Shown here piece after piece: positions 61,296-64,000 of a stretch of 64,000 bases of DNA (positions within the stretch are counted from its first letter, which is position 1; the number at the start of each line of letters is the position of its first letter). Under the pieces are notes generated by a model that had not been told where the DNA came from, did not search any database, and saw only the letters and a list, made by a program, of their open reading frames with translations. Source of the DNA: Hemiscyllium ocellatum (Eukaryota); NCBI RefSeq assembly GCF_020745735.1, contig NC_083435.1:43152498-43216497 (forward strand), read 5' to 3'. A program made the position numbers and the translations under genes.

Positions 61296-63790
61296 GCCTT
61301 GCTAAAATCTACGTACACCACATCCACTGCTCTACCTTCATCACTGTATTTTGGCACATCCTCAAAGAATTCAGTAAGGTTGTGGGGCATGACCTGCCCC
61401 TCAAAAAGCCATGCTGATTATCTCTAATCAAACTATGCTTTTTCAAATAATCATAAATCCTGACTCTCAGAATCCTCTCCAATAATTTGCCCACCACTCG
61501 CATAAGACTGACTGGAATGTATTTCTCAGGGTAATCCCTACTTGCTTTCTTGAATAAGTCAATAACAACTGCCACTCTCCAATTATCTAGTACTACTCCA
61601 TTGGACAGTGAGGACGCAAAGATCTTCGCCAAATGTCAGCCATCACTTCCCTCGCTTCTCATGCAAACCTTGGGTACATCCCATATGGCCCAGGGAAATT
61701 ATCTACCCTCATGTTTTTCAAAATTTCCAGGACATCCTCTTCTTGACATCAACCTGTTTGAAGATATCAGCCTGTTTCACGCTGTCCTCACAAATGACAA
61801 GGTCCCTTTCACTCATGAATACTGAAATAATGTATCCATTAAGGGCCACCTCTACCTCCTCTGACTCCAGGCACAAGTTCCTTCCACTATCACTGATTGA
61901 CCGTACCCTCACTCTGTCCATCCTCTTGTTCCTCGCATAAGTGTAGAACACCTTGGGGTTTTCCTTAATCTGCCCCCTTCTGGCTCTCCTAAGTTCATTA
62001 TTCAATTCCTTTCTGGCAACCTTGTAACGCTGTAGAGTCCTGTTTGATCCTTGCTTCCTCAACCTTAAATAAGCTTTCTTCTTCCTCTTGACTAGGTGTT
62101 CCACATCTCTTGTCATCCAAGATTCCTTCACCCTACCATCCTTTCCTTGCCTCGGTGGGACAAACCTGTCCAGCAGTATCAGCAAGTGCTCCCTGAACAA
62201 CCTTCACATTTCTGTCGTGCAGTCCCCTGAGAATGTCTGTTCCCAATTTATTCTCCACAGTTTCTGCCTAATAGCATTGTAATTCCCCTCCCCAATTAAA
62301 TACTTTCCCATACCGTCTGCTCCTCTCCCTCTCCATGACTATAGTAAAGGTCAGGGAGTTGAGATCACTGTCACCAAAATGCTTTCCCACTGAGAGATCT
62401 GACACCTGACCTGGTTCATTCAAGCACCACATCCAATATGGCATCGCCACTAGTTGGCCTACCTGCATATTGAGTCAGGAATTCTTCCAGGACACATCTG
62501 ACAAAGTCTCGTCCATCCAAACTATTTGCACTGAGGAGGTTTCAATCAATATTAGAGAAGTTGAAGTCACACATGACAACAACCCTGTTACTTCTGCACC
62601 TTCCCAAAATTTTCTTCCCAATCTGCTCCTCCATGTCTCTGTTGCTATTGGGGTGTCTCTAGAAAACTCCCATAAAGCGACTGTTCCTTTCCTGTTTGCG
62701 CTCATACTGACGCAGTGGACAAACCCTCCTCGATGACCTCCCTTTCTGCAGCTGTGATCCTATCCCTGATTAGCAATGCCACTCCTCAGTCTCTTTTACC
62801 CCCCCCCCCTTCCCTATTCCTGTTGAAACACCTAAACCCCAAAACATTCCTGTCCTGTGATATCCAAGTCTGCTTATTGGCTACAACATCATAGCTCCAA
62901 GTAATGATCCATGCTCTAAGTTCATCATCCTTATCCTGACACTTGATATGTTAAAATGAACACACATGAACCCATCACACCGACTCCAACTTTCCTCTAT
63001 CAACTATCTATCCTTCCTTACAGACTCTCTGCTCACTTTATCAGCCTGTTCACCAGCTACCCCATCCTCTCATCTGTAGCTCTGTTTCCCTGCCATCTGC
63101 CAAACTAGTTGAAACTCTCCCGAAGAGCTCTCACAAACTTTGCATATTGCTGCCTCTCCAGTTCAGGTGCAACCCATCCTCCTTGTACAGGTCCCACCTT
63201 TCCCAGAAGGTACCACAATGATCCACTAATTTGAAGCCCTCTTTCTGACACCAGGTCTGCAGCCATGTGATCAGCTGCACTCGCTCTCAGTTCCTAGTCT
63301 CGCTAGCCTGTGGCATCGGTAGCAAACCTGAGATTACTACTCTGCTCGTCCTGATTTTTTGCTTCCAACCTAACTCCCTATATACACTTTTCAGGTCCTC
63401 ATCCCTTTTCCTACCTCTGTTATTGGCACCATTGTGTGCCACAACTTCTGGCTGCTCATCTTCCTCCTTAAGAATCCTGTAGACTTGATCTGAGACATCT
63501 ATGACCCTGCCACCCGGAGTAACATACCATCTGGGAGTCTTGCTCGCAGCCACAGAATCTCCTGTCTGTTACTCTCACCATTGAATCTCGTATCACTGTC
63601 ACTCTCTGTTCTCTCTTCTTTCCTCCTGAGCCACAGAGCCAGGCTCTTGGGCAAAGATCCAACTGCTGTGGCTTTCCCTTGATCGATCATTTTCCCCCCA
63701 ACAGTTTCCAACTTGATTCACTTATTAATGAGAGGAACAGCCACAGGGGATCCCTGCACTGTCTGTCTATTCCCTTTCCGTCTCCTGATG
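61296..63790 (-). mobile_element. CR1 fragment (ORF1 esterase, endonuclease, start of RT)
   Basis: DSMVRVTDRRFCG, SRVVISGLLPMP, IKENPKVFYTY, QHGFLRGRSCPT. Confidence 0.85.
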
Positions 63791-64000
63791 GTCCTGAGAT
63801 TTGGAATGAAAGTTATGCCTTCTGCTTTGAAGACAAACACAAAGCATTTGTTTGATGTCTTTGCTATTTCCTCATTCCCCAATAATATTTTCCAAAGTGT
63901 GTTTTGGATCAGACCAGACCTCCTCAAAACATTTCAAGAAAGTAGCCAGGACCTAAAATTGCTAGTTGTTTCAAGCAGGTGAGAAGTGAATGTTCCAGGC

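Overview
Vertebrate genomic DNA, almost certainly a shark (HE1-type V-SINEs, CR1 LINEs with esterase ORF1, Penelope-like elements; a bamboo/carpet shark is my guess, not provable here). The window is part of a C2H2 zinc-finger (ZNF) gene cluster. It holds three open finger arrays on the minus strand (<1-564, 15059-16906, 46099-47211) and two convergent ZNF pseudogenes (35.7-38.3 kb). No KRAB, SCAN or BTB exon is recognisable. Instead, a conserved leader module with micro-exons (45 nt ending ATG|GT, and 39 nt) recurs eight times, while only one promoter-like motif cluster is visible (two opposed ZNF143/THAP11 sites, CGCG palindrome, RFX and YY1-like motifs; 30.66-30.99 kb). The cluster is heavily invaded by mobile DNA: a defective class I (gamma-like) ERV with gag-pol-env and an intact-looking UAG readthrough pseudoknot (22655-29870); a Gmr1-like gypsy element with PR-IN-RT-RH order and a SCAN-like capsid (about 55.1-60.5 kb); many CR1 fragments; Penelope-like fragments with minimal hammerhead ribozyme cores, three of them fold-back structures; a 5S+tRNA chimeric SINE; HE1 SINEs; and a solo LTR. 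Most short ORFs in the supplied track are alternate-frame or TE-derived noise. Repeat boundaries are approximate unless a TSD or terminal motif is given.
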